Program-made: the position numbers and the translations under genes
The notes under the pieces: generated by a model
What the model was told of the DNA's origin: nothing
The model's input: the letters and a program-made list of their open reading frames with translations, nothing else
The model's database searches: none
Assembly (NCBI GenBank): GCA_963667725.2
Contig: CAXXHO010000003.1
Coordinates: 480,001-544,000, forward strand
Source: Treponemataceae bacterium
Lineage (GTDB): Bacteria; Spirochaetota; Spirochaetia; Treponematales; Rectinemataceae
Direction of reading: 5' to 3'
Length of the DNA stretch: 64,000 bases
Shown: positions 30,538-39,832 of the stretch, piece by piece
How positions within the stretch are numbered: position 1 is the first letter of the stretch
Layout: the number at the start of each line of letters is the position of its first letter

Positions 30538-31472
30538 AGCGCCTTGTCCTTCGGAAGTCCGGCAGTGAGCGCCTCGCCGGGATCCTCAGCACACGGGGCG
30601 GTATCCGTCCCTGCAGGTGCAGCATCGTTCGCCTGTCTGGGTTCCGGATCTTCCAATGCCTCGATTTCGCGCGAGAGTTCGTCGATCCTGCGTTCCACCC
30701 GTTCTTTCTTCTTGTATTCCCCGGAGAGTTCCTTCTTGGCGCGCTCAAGACGCTCTTCGTCCGTTTCCGCTTCCCCCGGATCGAAGCGGGGATCGATTAC
30801 TTTCTTCTGTCGGCAAACCGCCTTGATCTGTTGGATCGAGCATCCCTGGTTCGCCATAGCGGCCGCGTGGCTCATGTCCTCGCCCTGGCTCACGATCGCT
30901 TCCACGAGGGAAGGCGAGCCCGCGGTCTCGACATTGCTCAACGCGACGTTGTGCTGCGCTTTGACGAGGTTCTGGGCGTGGTTCCTTGGGATCCGCGCAT
31001 GACGATCGAGGAAGTCCTCCAAGCGGGCGCCCTTTTCCTGGGAGAGGGTCTCCATCTCGGCGATTGCTTGCCCTAGCTTTCTATTGAGTTCGTTCTGCTG
31101 CCGCTGAAGTTCGAGGATCTCTTCACGTTTCGCCTTCAGCGCTTCGTCCTCGAGGTAGGGATCCACATAGACACCGGCTTCGATCGCCAGCTTCAGAAGG
31201 GAGTGGAAGAGCGCCCAGAAGGCGATCGAGTGCGCGTTCCTTCCTGAGACGAGATTGCGGGTATGTGCAAGGTGGTGCGTAAACTCGTGGAGGGCGGTAT
31301 ATATGAGAGCGTTGTCGTTCGTGAAATTCTTGTTGTGAAGGACGATCGAGGCGAGGGCAGGCTTGTAGAGGCCGTTCACCCGGCAGGAGGCTTTTCCTGA
31401 GAACACGAGGGTGAAGTCCGGACAGGGAACCTTCAAAGAAAGAAGCTTCTCCTTCACCTGATCCTGGTTCAT
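30534..31472 (-). CDS. HExxH (SprT-like) metallopeptidase-domain protein
   Basis: VNGLY...ALHEFTHH...AHSIAFW, followed by coiled coil. Confidence 0.75.
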   Translation of the reverse strand: MNQDQVKEKLLSLKVPCPDFTLVFSGKASCRVNGLYKPALASIVLHNKNFTNDNALIYTALHEFTHHLAHTRNLVSGRNAHSIAFWALFHSLLKLAIEAGVYVDPYLEDEALKAKREEILELQRQQNELNRKLGQAIAEMETLSQEKGARLEDFLDRHARIPRNHAQNLVKAQHNVALSNVETAGSPSLVEAIVSQGEDMSHAAAMANQGCSIQQIKAVCRQKKVIDPRFDPGEAETDEERLERAKKELSGEYKKKERVERRIDELSREIEALEDPEPRQANDAAPAGTDTAPCAEDPGEALTAGLPKDKAL

Positions 31473-33025
31473 ACGGTTGCCTCCGCAATCGTCGTATCGC
31501 GGGCACTTTCATCGTTAGGAATCTCGTCTTCAGTGGCATCGTCAGCATCATCGTTTTCGCCGGGGGCGCCCCGCGGGTCGATATCGTCTGCGGTCAGGCC
31601 GTAGGCTCCGGCGATCTCCTCGAGGAGCGGGGCGGTCTCGATTCCCGCGGCTGTGGCTCCTTCAACGAGAGAGCGATCGACGCCTGCGCTGTACTGGTTC
31701 ACTTTCGTATGGATCCCGAAGGCGAAGACGAGAAGAAGCCGCTCGAGGCTTCCCCGGTAGAGCGTCTCCAGGTGGTTTTTCAGGAAGGTGTTGTTATAGT
31801 CCGGATCCTCCCATCCTTGGAGCTTCGTGATCCGGCTCTGGCCGTCGAAGCCAAGGCTCTTCCATATCTGAAGGAGCGAACGCCTGAGGAGAGGCAGGGA
31901 AATCCCTTCCTCTTCATGGAAGGAGCCCATGATCCCTTCGTAGAGCCCCAGGGCGTATTCATTCCTCGCCTTCTCGATCTTCTTCTCCCGGGCTCGCGCT
32001 TCCTTCTTCTCCCCCGGGGGTTTTACGTAGTCTTTCTTCTTCCCCCAGGTGAGGCGCCCGGGCTTGTTTCCTCCGACGACGAGGACTCGAACCGCACCTT
32101 CATCCTTCTTCCTGCACTCAGTCCACTCGTGAGGCTCAAGGGCATCCGCCCGGTGCTCTCCCGAATAGCCGTCCATAACCTCAAGGTGTTCGATCCCTTC
32201 AAGCTCCGCCTGCTTCCCTCCGATGAACGCCTTCTCCTTCGCCTCGAAGCAGGTCTTGTCGGCGCAGCAGTCCTTCTTGCCGAGTTCCGCGAAGAGCTGT
32301 GGTTCGGCGCCGGTCCGTTTTGAGCAGGAAGAGCATGGCCCCGCGGCAGGCAGGAGATCGGCATCATGAAGCTTCCAGGCTGCCTGGGAGAGTTCCATGA
32401 GGATCTCGTGCCTGATCTGTTCATCGAAGGCCTTGATCGAAATCGGCCAGGGGCGGTCGAGGATCTTAAGCGCCGCCTTCTGCTGCTCAGAAGGGAGCCG
32501 GGCGATGAGGTTTGCATGCCCCGCCGAGAGCTTTCCTCCGGCGAGAAGATTCCTGGCCGCGGGAACGAGCTTCCGAAGCCTCAGGCGCTGATAGACATAG
32601 ACGACGGAGCGGCCGAGCTCCTTCGCGATGGACTCGATCTCGTAGTGCCCTTCCTCGATGAGCCTATGGAAGCCTTCGGCCTCATCGAGCGGATGGATGT
32701 CTTCCCGCTGCAGATTTTCGATGAGCTGGATATGAAGTGCGGCTGCGTCATCGAGATCGCGGACGATACAGGGGAGGGTGGAAACCCCGGCGAGTGAAGA
32801 GGCCCTCCACCGGCGCTCCCCGGCGATGAGTTCGAAGTTCTCGCCCGCGGGGCGTACAATGGCCGGCTGCTGGACGCCGATCGAGCGGATGCTGTCGGCG
32901 AGCTGCTCGAGTTTCTCCTTGTCGAACCCGCCGACACTTCGGTTCTTTGGAGAGGGTACAATCTTCTCGAGCGGGATATGATGGATTCGATCGTTCATGG
33001 GATCACTCGATTCTTCCGTTTTCAT
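31469..33025 (-). CDS. ParB/RepB/Spo0J-family protein
   Basis: LADSIRSIGVQQP, IAGERRWRAS, IENLQREDI and an HTH. Confidence 0.92.
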   Translation of the reverse strand: MKTEESSDPMNDRIHHIPLEKIVPSPKNRSVGGFDKEKLEQLADSIRSIGVQQPAIVRPAGENFELIAGERRWRASSLAGVSTLPCIVRDLDDAAALHIQLIENLQREDIHPLDEAEGFHRLIEEGHYEIESIAKELGRSVVYVYQRLRLRKLVPAARNLLAGGKLSAGHANLIARLPSEQQKAALKILDRPWPISIKAFDEQIRHEILMELSQAAWKLHDADLLPAAGPCSSCSKRTGAEPQLFAELGKKDCCADKTCFEAKEKAFIGGKQAELEGIEHLEVMDGYSGEHRADALEPHEWTECRKKDEGAVRVLVVGGNKPGRLTWGKKKDYVKPPGEKKEARAREKKIEKARNEYALGLYEGIMGSFHEEEGISLPLLRRSLLQIWKSLGFDGQSRITKLQGWEDPDYNNTFLKNHLETLYRGSLERLLLVFAFGIHTKVNQYSAGVDRSLVEGATAAGIETAPLLEEIAGAYGLTADDIDPRGAPGENDDADDATEDEIPNDESARDTTIAEATV

Positions 33026-33375
33026 CGTGCTTTCAACTCCCTTGTCTCGAAATGTCCCGAAAGACAGGGCTCGTTTTTCATCATCAGGCGGACGTACCGT
33101 GACGCGAAGCTGTTGTCCAGCTTGAAGATCGCCGTTGTGTGATCGGTCGAAATATCGCTGTCGCGCAATTCCTCGAAGAGTGCCGCAATGCCCCGCGGGC
33201 GCTTGCGGGCAGCATCGTCCAAGGCAAGACTGACCAGGTTCCGATAGATGTGCGGATTTTCTCGGTGAAAGACAGCAAACCGCTCATCGATTGTCGCCCG
33301 GCGACCGGGAATGTCTGCAAAGAGTTCAGGTTGCCCATCAGCTTCCAGCTCCACTTCCGGGATAACGCCTTTCAT
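33022..33375 (-). CDS. Conserved phage hypothetical protein
   Basis: FHRENPHIY...FKLDNSFASRYVR...FETREL; start at MKGV. Confidence 0.65.
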   Translation of the reverse strand: MKGVIPEVELEADGQPELFADIPGRRATIDERFAVFHRENPHIYRNLVSLALDDAARKRPRGIAALFEELRDSDISTDHTTAIFKLDNSFASRYVRLMMKNEPCLSGHFETRELKAR

Positions 33376-33536
33376 CTCATCCCCCCTCCGCGGCGATCCT
33401 TCCTTTCGGTCACGCGCGTGTTCAGAAGCAGATTCTCTATACTCCACGATCTTCATCCATCGCTTTCCAACTCGGATATGTCCTTCCTGCGAGCTGAAGA
33501 ACGCATGGAGCTTCTGTTTCAGACGGTGCCACATGT

Positions 33537-33764
33537 TCACCCCCATCTCGCGGGGCGATCCCCCGGTTCGAAAAGAAGAGGCGGGATCAGGGCCGCTTCT
33601 CGCTTTTTCCCGGGCGCGGCGAGTTCGACGCAATGTCCCTTGTAGGGACGCCCCGCCTCGAGGCAGCTCCGCGCTTCCTTCATCGCTTCGGGCGTGTACG
33701 CTCCAAGTTCGTTGTAGATGGCCGTGAGGCCCGTGAACTTCCGCCCGTCGATCCATACCGTCAT
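33537..33764 (-). CDS. Hypothetical protein
   Basis: ATGA-coupled to the RusA-like gene. Confidence 0.5.
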   Translation of the reverse strand: MTVWIDGRKFTGLTAIYNELGAYTPEAMKEARSCLEAGRPYKGHCVELAAPGKKREAALIPPLLFEPGDRPARWG

Positions 33765-34306
33765 GGCCGGGCTCCGGAAAAGGAACCTCGCCCCCCGGAG
33801 CGGGGTAAGGAGGTTATGAACCCCCGCTCCGAGGTTTGAGGCAAAGTGACGATTTCTACATGCACTCCCGGTTTTTCTTCCTGAAGCGCATACCGCTCGA
33901 AGCTTTGGCACCTGATGACTTGGGCAGTGTCCTGCCATGCCCTGGCTTGGGTGAGGGCCTTGATCATGGCTTCCTCGAGGACTCCGTCTGCAGGCTTCGA
34001 GTCCTGCCAGAATCTGACCGCATCCTTCTTCGGTCTCTCGAAAATAAACTGCAGGTTCAGTTCGACACGCCCCGCCAGCGGTACCTGCTTGAGGGCAGTG
34101 AAAGCGGAGACTACCAGGCTCTTCCAGGAGTCGGCGTGGTTGTCATGGCAGACGTTGAAGCGGCTTGCCCTTGTTTGCGGCATTGCGATAGGCGCCCCGC
34201 AGACGAAGAAGGATGCGACGGGCTTTCCCTCGAGGGATGCCATCGGAGCGACGTAGACGCCGTCCTTCAGGGTGAAGAAGCCCGCTTCGGCCGGGGAGAC
34301 GCTCAT
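33761..34306 (-). CDS. RusA-like Holliday junction resolvase (divergent)
   Basis: GAPIAMPQTR, FIFERPK, KPADGVLEEAMIKAL and WQDTAQV; acidic catalytic positions look degenerate. Confidence 0.7.
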   Translation of the reverse strand: MSVSPAEAGFFTLKDGVYVAPMASLEGKPVASFFVCGAPIAMPQTRASRFNVCHDNHADSWKSLVVSAFTALKQVPLAGRVELNLQFIFERPKKDAVRFWQDSKPADGVLEEAMIKALTQARAWQDTAQVIRCQSFERYALQEEKPGVHVEIVTLPQTSERGFITSLPRSGGRGSFSGARP

Positions 34307-34818
34307 TCCTCGAATCCTGCCCGGAACGCTTCCGGGATATTGAAGCCCTCGTCATAGAGACTCTTCCAGCATTCTTCGCCGCATCCGGTGATGAGCTCTT
34401 TTCCATGCCCAAGGACGAAGGAGTACTCCTGCAGCAGTTCATACCAATCGATCCAGGTGAGATCGCCTTTCGTTCTGCCATCAAAGCTCTCAAGCCTCTT
34501 CTCTAGGCGCTCGATTCGGTCCCATTCGGCGGCGATGAGTGCGCCTGCTTTCTCGAGCTCCCGCTTCCGTCCCTGGAAGTACTCCCCTCGAGAAGGTTTC
34601 CACCAGGATGAATCCCAGGATGCAGGGAAGAGCACGCCGCCCCGGAAGTCCTGGAAGAGCATGGTCACGCCCTCTCCCTCCGGGTACGCATACGTTGCGG
34701 CAGCTTGGGCAAGCTCGCCGTTCCGGTGTGCATCATCATGGTCAGGCAAGAATCCTTCGCCCTCGATCTGGCGGATCCTCTCTGCTGTGATCGCCTCCAA
34801 TCCCGTCGTTGGTTTCAT
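34303..34818 (-). CDS. Conserved phage protein (AERxRQ..EG..PDHDD family)
   Basis: AERIRQIEGEGFLPDHDD...GELAQAA...ELEKAGALIAAEWDR. Confidence 0.75.
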   Translation of the reverse strand: MKPTTGLEAITAERIRQIEGEGFLPDHDDAHRNGELAQAAATYAYPEGEGVTMLFQDFRGGVLFPASWDSSWWKPSRGEYFQGRKRELEKAGALIAAEWDRIERLEKRLESFDGRTKGDLTWIDWYELLQEYSFVLGHGKELITGCGEECWKSLYDEGFNIPEAFRAGFEE

Positions 34819-35156
34819 TGCTCCTTCCTCCTTCGTTTCTCGAGCGATTCGAGCATCATCATTCCCGTGGCGCAGAGCTTTACGAGCTGCTCGGATACCA
34901 GGCTCATTTCCTCTTCGGCGAACACTTCGGCGAATGCGGAGTTCATGAGGTCGAACCATGTCGCCTCGCCTTTGTGCAGCCGATCCTCGAGCCGGTTCTT
35001 CCAGATCATCGCCTCCACGATCGCCTCGCTCCTGCTGGTCCCTTTGGGCTGCATTCTCAACTGCTGGCGCCCCACTTTCTTCTCGATGCGCGCGATCTCT
35101 TTGGTTATCTTCTCGAAGAGCTTCTTCCGTAGCTCCTCGCGCTCTCCTTCCGTCAC
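34815..35156 (-). CDS. MazG-like helical phage protein
   Basis: TWFDLM..AEVFAE..EQLVKLCAT pattern; fold inferred. Confidence 0.55.
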   Translation of the reverse strand: MTEGEREELRKKLFEKITKEIARIEKKVGRQQLRMQPKGTSRSEAIVEAMIWKNRLEDRLHKGEATWFDLMNSAFAEVFAEEEMSLVSEQLVKLCATGMMMLESLEKRRRKEQ

Positions 35157-35443
35157 TTGAGCGCCTCGGCAAAGGCGAGGGCGGAGGCTCGGTCGGCGAA
35201 GGTCTGCCCCTGGATCGCCCCGCCTTGCATGAAGGTGACGAGGGTGGAACCGTCGGGGCAGGGCATATGGACTGCCTGCAGGGTGATGTCTTCAAAGCTG
35301 GCTTCCTGGCGCTTAAGGGAGCATTTCCCAAGGGAGGCGAGGGCGAGCGACAGAAGAAGGGCGAACAAGAGATCGGCGATGAACTCGCGATTCTTCCTGA
35401 GCCAGAGGCTAAGGTCTCGTAGCCGCCACTGCGTCCTTGTCAT
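35153..35443 (-). CDS. Small membrane protein
   Basis: One hydrophobic segment; overlap-coupled on both sides. Confidence 0.55.
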   Translation of the reverse strand: MTRTQWRLRDLSLWLRKNREFIADLLFALLLSLALASLGKCSLKRQEASFEDITLQAVHMPCPDGSTLVTFMQGGAIQGQTFADRASALAFAEALK

Positions 35444-35913
35444 AGAGCGCTCCGTTCTGCTGTGGCTGCCTCTCGCCGCTGCCGGTTTCTCTGTTTGACA
35501 CCCTCGGCGAGATCGGGACGGACTCGTTTGCCCGAATCGTCGGCATGGCTCGCAATCCAGTCGATCATGGTTTGCCGATCGATATGGATGGGACGCTTTC
35601 TGCTATCGACGGGGAGAGCACCTGTGTATATCTGCTCCCTCAGAAAGCGATCGCTCATGCCGCAGTCCTTACAGAGTTCGGAAATCAGGGCCGGACCCTT
35701 GTCCATCGGGAGGGTTGAAAGCGGACCGGTAAGTTTCTCAAGAGCGGTTCGAGGGATGAGAATGCGAGTGCCGATCCTCGCAGCGAGGAGCTTTCCGGAA
35801 CGGATCCTGCTCCAGACGGTTTTAGGCACGTATCCCCAGATCTTTGCAGTCTCGGGGACAGAAAACGCAATCCTGTTCCGACAGGCTTGATCTCTCGATA
35901 GTCCGTTTCTCAT
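35440..35913 (-). CDS. Excisionase-like HTH_17 protein
   Basis: FSVPETAKIWG...IRSGKL.A.RIG.RILIP plus a second similar module; GAGGAGG RBS. Confidence 0.75.
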   Translation of the reverse strand: MRNGLSRDQACRNRIAFSVPETAKIWGYVPKTVWSRIRSGKLLAARIGTRILIPRTALEKLTGPLSTLPMDKGPALISELCKDCGMSDRFLREQIYTGALPVDSRKRPIHIDRQTMIDWIASHADDSGKRVRPDLAEGVKQRNRQRREAATAERSAL

Positions 35914-35930
35914 GGAAGTCCTCCTCTTGA

Positions 35931-36014
35931 TGGAAGCGGAGGGATTCGAACCCTCGTTGTTTTTCTCAATGCTGTTTTCGAGGCAACCGGTTCCTGCCTC
36001 TGACCTACGCTCCC
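35931..36014 (-). tRNA. tRNA-Ser(CGA)-like, long variable arm
   Basis: GGGAGCG/CGCTTCC acceptor stem, CTCGAAA loop, GAGGG-TTCGAAT-CCCTC T arm; one anticodon-stem mismatch. Confidence 0.7.
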
Positions 36015-36150
36015 GGATGCGGGGCGGCGTTATCTGGCGCCCCGCTTTGTGCAATCTATGAACCCACCGAATTGACGCCTCGGTGGAGGCGAGATACCTG
36101 CCCATACGGACAGGCCCAAATTGCGCCCGCGTGGTAAGTGCGGGGACGCT

Positions 36151-36223
36151 AGGCAGGCGCGGGAGTCGAACCCGCTGTCTCCGGCTTATAGGGCCGGCGT
36201 GGAAGCCGTTTCACCTGTCTGCC
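36151..36223 (-). tRNA. tRNA-Ile(TAT)-like
   Basis: GGCAGAC/GCCTGCC acceptor stem (1 mismatch), CCGGC-CCTATAA-GCCGG, GCGGG-TTCGACT-CCCGC. Confidence 0.68.
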
Positions 36224-36228
36224 AAACG

Positions 36229-36297
36229 AAGATTGAAAAACCCCTCTTCCGGGCGTATTCTTGAAGCACGACCAACAATTTCATCCCGAAGGAGGGG
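36229..36297 (-). repeat. Structured attenuator-like repeat, copy 2
   Basis: Homologous to 29319-29386; stem followed by a T5 tract on the minus strand. Confidence 0.8.
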
Positions 36298-36682
36298 AAA
36301 ATGATCCATAAAGGTGACAATGCTGAGACTAATCGGGGAGAAGGAATTAAGCTTGCGATCGAGATCCTCAAGACACAGCCTGAGCTTCTGTTCCATTCTC
36401 TAGACGGGAAAACGATAGCGTCATGCGTTATCAGCCTGTCGGAATCCTTGATTGAGTACGTGACAGAAGGGAAATCGCCTGCTACTTCTGGTCTGCCTGT
36501 TGGCTGATCACTAAAGCAGTCCGTCCAGTAGTATCGATTTCGCCAGAGGATCTCGTGACTTGCTCTGGGCTGATGCTGACAACCCGATAGCCGAGTGTGC
36601 CGAGCATCACGATTAGCTTTGTAAGGTCTTCGTTGCTCATAACTCTTCTCCTTTGTGAACTTGTAGAAAGCTGTTTGAGAAA

Positions 36683-37012
36683 TCATGCTATGTACGCCTT
36701 CAGCTTTCTTCGCTCTCGAACTGGCATCAGGTCCCATTTTGTCCGCCGTTCTATCTCTGGGATGGAGATCCATGTTTCATAGGTTTTCAGCCACCATCGC
36801 CTGGGGCTATTACCCGCGTCGGGGACTCCGAATCCAGGCATTCGCCAGGGTTGTCGGAGGAGGGTGCTTCGGGAGACCCCTTGCTTCTTCGAAATGTCCG
36901 AAAGGCTGACTTTCCCTGTTTCGAGGACGGAAACCATGGCGTTTTCCAACCTTAGCAGCCGCTCGAGTGCTTCATTGAGGGCTCCGGCCATATCGCTTCT
37001 TGCATCAATCAT
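36683..37012 (-). CDS. Putative HTH DNA-binding protein
   Basis: VSLSDISKKQGVSRSTL; start overlaps the upstream stop. Confidence 0.6.
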   Translation of the reverse strand: MIDARSDMAGALNEALERLLRLENAMVSVLETGKVSLSDISKKQGVSRSTLLRQPWRMPGFGVPDAGNSPRRWWLKTYETWISIPEIERRTKWDLMPVRERRKLKAYIA

Positions 37013-37415
37013 GGGCAGTCCCCCTATCCAATTTGAGTAATCCATTTCTGGCGTTCTTTTCACTGATGGAAGAGGAGTCCGGAGAGGCTTCGGTATCCGG
37101 CTTTGGTATAGCCAGGAGAGCCTTGAGGCGTTTCACCTCGAGGGCAAGGTCCTTAGCTGCTGTGATAACCGAGGCGTTGGCTAATGCTTCGATCGCCGTA
37201 CTGGTTGTCTTGCATGCGAGATGAGTATCTCCCTTGCTGGAAGATCCCGCGGAAAGTCCGAGATTGAAAATAATGCTTCCAAAAGCGTCTCCTGTAAGAG
37301 CGCTTGAAGGATCAGTTGTTCTGATTGTGCCATCCTCTGCCAGGAACCATTCCCCTGGGGACGCCCGTTCTACCGATGCCAGAGCATCGTCGATCCGTTG
37401 ATCTCGTGACCGCAT
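37005..37415 (-). CDS. Phage hypothetical protein (Ead/Ea22-like N-terminus)
   Basis: ERASPGEW...NASVITAA...LALEVKRLKA pattern. Confidence 0.55.
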   Translation of the reverse strand: MRSRDQRIDDALASVERASPGEWFLAEDGTIRTTDPSSALTGDAFGSIIFNLGLSAGSSSKGDTHLACKTTSTAIEALANASVITAAKDLALEVKRLKALLAIPKPDTEASPDSSSISEKNARNGLLKLDRGTAHD

Positions 37416-37430
37416 GGAAACCTCCAGCTT

Positions 37431-37649
37431 TTAAGAGCTTGCTTTCGAGTCTTGTTCGGTTGGGCTCTGCTTTGAATCAGGAATTAGCACCAACCTATCA
37501 CCATCTCGGTACATGGCCATTTTTTGACCAGGTTGAAGATTTGTGTCTTCTACGTATTCTCGTGGGAGGGTAATTCCATAGCCGCGTCGGCCGTTCTTAC
37601 TAAGTCGATAGCGCCTTAGAAGTATCAATATGTAGCTCCTTATATCCAA
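37431..37649 (-). CDS. AbrB/MazE-type DNA-binding protein in the Cro position
   Basis: GYGITLPREYVEDTNLQPGQK...GDRLVLIP; divergent from the repressor. Confidence 0.7.
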   Translation of the reverse strand: MDIRSYILILLRRYRLSKNGRRGYGITLPREYVEDTNLQPGQKMAMYRDGDRLVLIPDSKQSPTEQDSKASS

Positions 37650-37733
37650 TAGGCGTATTATTGGAGCAATAGAGCTACATTGTCAAGCAAATAATGTATT
37701 TATTTTTCTCTTTTTTTGGCTTAAAGTCAAAGC

Positions 37734-38417
37734 ATGGAATTTTATGAAAGAGTAAAGACTCTTGCAAAGCAAAATAGAATTACTATCGAAGGGGCTGCTG
37801 AGGCTGCCGGCATATCTAGAGCCCAGTACTACGGCTATAAGAAGCATGGGAATTTACCAAGAGCTGATGAAGCAGCGAACCTCGCAAAGGAATTAAATAC
37901 TTCAGTTGAGTATCTTGTTTTTGGAAAAGAAAGTACAAGAAAAGATATGCCTAGCGGTTTGGTCATAAGAGATGATAAAGGAAGAGAAATTGAAATCGAT
38001 AGTGAGCTATGTCTTCTGCCAATCCTTTCCCAGAAAGTAGCGGCTGGCATGGGCCAGGCCATGATCGACGATGTTGAGATCGTTGGTCAGCTTCCATTCC
38101 TAAACCGAATGCTTCGAGGCGAACAGCCGGCAGGCGCCAAGGCCCTCGAAGTCCGCGGAGACTCGATGACCGGCGTTAATATCTTCGATGGGGATATGGT
38201 TGTATTCATACCTGGAATAATTCGTGGCGATGGGATCTACGTGCTTGCCGTGGGCGATGAGCTGATTGTGAAACGTGTCGAGTTCGATGCAGTATCAAGG
38301 AAGATCCATATCATGTCCGAGAACCCTCGCTATAAAGATCGAGTAGAGTCCGCCGATGGCCAGACTCTCAGGGTTGTAGGGAAGGTGTTTGGTTGGGTAC
38401 ATGCGCATCCATATTGA
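37734..38417 (+). CDS. CI/LexA-like repressor (XRE HTH plus S24 peptidase)
   Basis: N-terminal HTH, AAG cleavage site, VRGDSM serine and VKR lysine. Confidence 0.93.
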   Translation: MEFYERVKTLAKQNRITIEGAAEAAGISRAQYYGYKKHGNLPRADEAANLAKELNTSVEYLVFGKESTRKDMPSGLVIRDDKGREIEIDSELCLLPILSQKVAAGMGQAMIDDVEIVGQLPFLNRMLRGEQPAGAKALEVRGDSMTGVNIFDGDMVVFIPGIIRGDGIYVLAVGDELIVKRVEFDAVSRKIHIMSENPRYKDRVESADGQTLRVVGKVFGWVHAHPY

Positions 38418-38961
38418 TTACTTGGTTAGTCACTTATGTTACATTAAATGAAGATACCACTGCATTCTTTATATAAAGAAGTATCGTTTACCGGTTGACT
38501 TCTCCGAGAAGCCCTTTATCATAACAGACAGTAACACAACTGTTGAATTTCATAATTAGAAAACGATGCTCGGCGTACCCATTCTGTTTCGGCGAAGAGT
38601 TTGCCGAGTGTCCGTAATCTTCCTCTGAAGACTTTAGCCTTAAAAGGGCTATAATGCAGAGATATAATTGGTTGCCTTGAATCTCGTTCATCAACAATAA
38701 AAAAAGAGAGATGCCTATATTACTGTCGCTATTGAGATAAGGTATTGTTTGAGCTTAAAACATATGGTTTTATTCCCTTCCGCATAAAATACCATCTGTT
38801 AGTTTATACAGGTTAAGATCTTTTATGTAGAAAGAGAAGTAACCCATCCATAGAGAAGCAGTCAAAGATTTTATACTGGTAGATTTTTACTGATTTCACG
38901 TTTATTTATAGATCAACCCAATTATTGTTATATGGACCTCCGGGCAGTTAAAGGAGATTAT

Positions 38962-39696
38962 ATGGAATATCAAAAAAAATTAATTTTATTTCTAGACCTT
39001 CTTGGATTTAAGTCATTTATTAACGAAAAAACACAACTAGATGATAACTATGTAATGCATATACAAAGTATTATAAACCTAATCGAAACCATACGTGATG
39101 ATTTTTGTTTAGATGCAAGTATTAATCCTAATCAACGGCTTAGAAGTAATTTGTTCTCAAACTCTAGAATTACACAATTTTCTGATTCAATTATTATGAG
39201 TTCATTTTACCTAGTTGAAGATCATCTTAAAGAAACATTAGTTGATATAGTGGCAATGCAATGTAATGCTATTTATAGTGGTTTTCTTTTCCGAGGTGCA
39301 TTAACATATGGAGATATTTTACATACAGATAAATATTTGTTTGGTCCTGGATTTATTGATGCATATGAGATGGAGAGAGATAAAGCAGTATATCCTCGAA
39401 TTATTATTAGCGACTCGGTTATTAATAATGTCAACAGTACATGTAAGGCTTGTGATGATTTAATAGTCACCGATAAAGATGGAATAAAATACCTAGATAT
39501 TTTCAGTGGATTCAAATATAGATTTAACAGAGAATCATCAATAAGAGTAATGATTTCAGCATTGGAAAGAATAATACTAGAAGGTAAAAAAAATCAGAAT
39601 AAAAACATTCTAGAGAAATACTTGTGGCTAGAAGAAGAGTTGCTGAAATATAAAAAAAGAGAAAAAAGACATATAACAAATGCTTCAACCCTATAA
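38962..39696 (+). CDS. Class III nucleotidyl-cyclase-like protein (cassette 1)
   Basis: FLDLLGFK, FSDSI, RGALTYG, FGPGFIDAYEME and YPRII motifs. Confidence 0.7.
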   Translation: MEYQKKLILFLDLLGFKSFINEKTQLDDNYVMHIQSIINLIETIRDDFCLDASINPNQRLRSNLFSNSRITQFSDSIIMSSFYLVEDHLKETLVDIVAMQCNAIYSGFLFRGALTYGDILHTDKYLFGPGFIDAYEMERDKAVYPRIIISDSVINNVNSTCKACDDLIVTDKDGIKYLDIFSGFKYRFNRESSIRVMISALERIILEGKKNQNKNILEKYLWLEEELLKYKKREKRHITNASTL

Positions 39697-39795
39697 CGCC
39701 TTTTGTCATGGTTTTTGCTTGAAGATGACGCAAAAACCACGCCAATCTTTCGCTTCGCTCAGGAACAGGCGTTAAGGGTTAAGCCAATGCTAGAT
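39671..39795 (+). other. attC site 1
   Basis: R'' ATATAAC; R' GCTAGAT; imperfect palindrome. Confidence 0.85.
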
Positions 39796-39832
39796 GGATG
39801 CCTTCAGCGAATAAATTGGTAAAAGGGATTAT

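Noticed and set aside
35914..36105. N-terminal extension of the HTH_17 ORF
   Set aside because: Overlaps the tRNA-Ser-like gene; the RBS supports a start at 35913.
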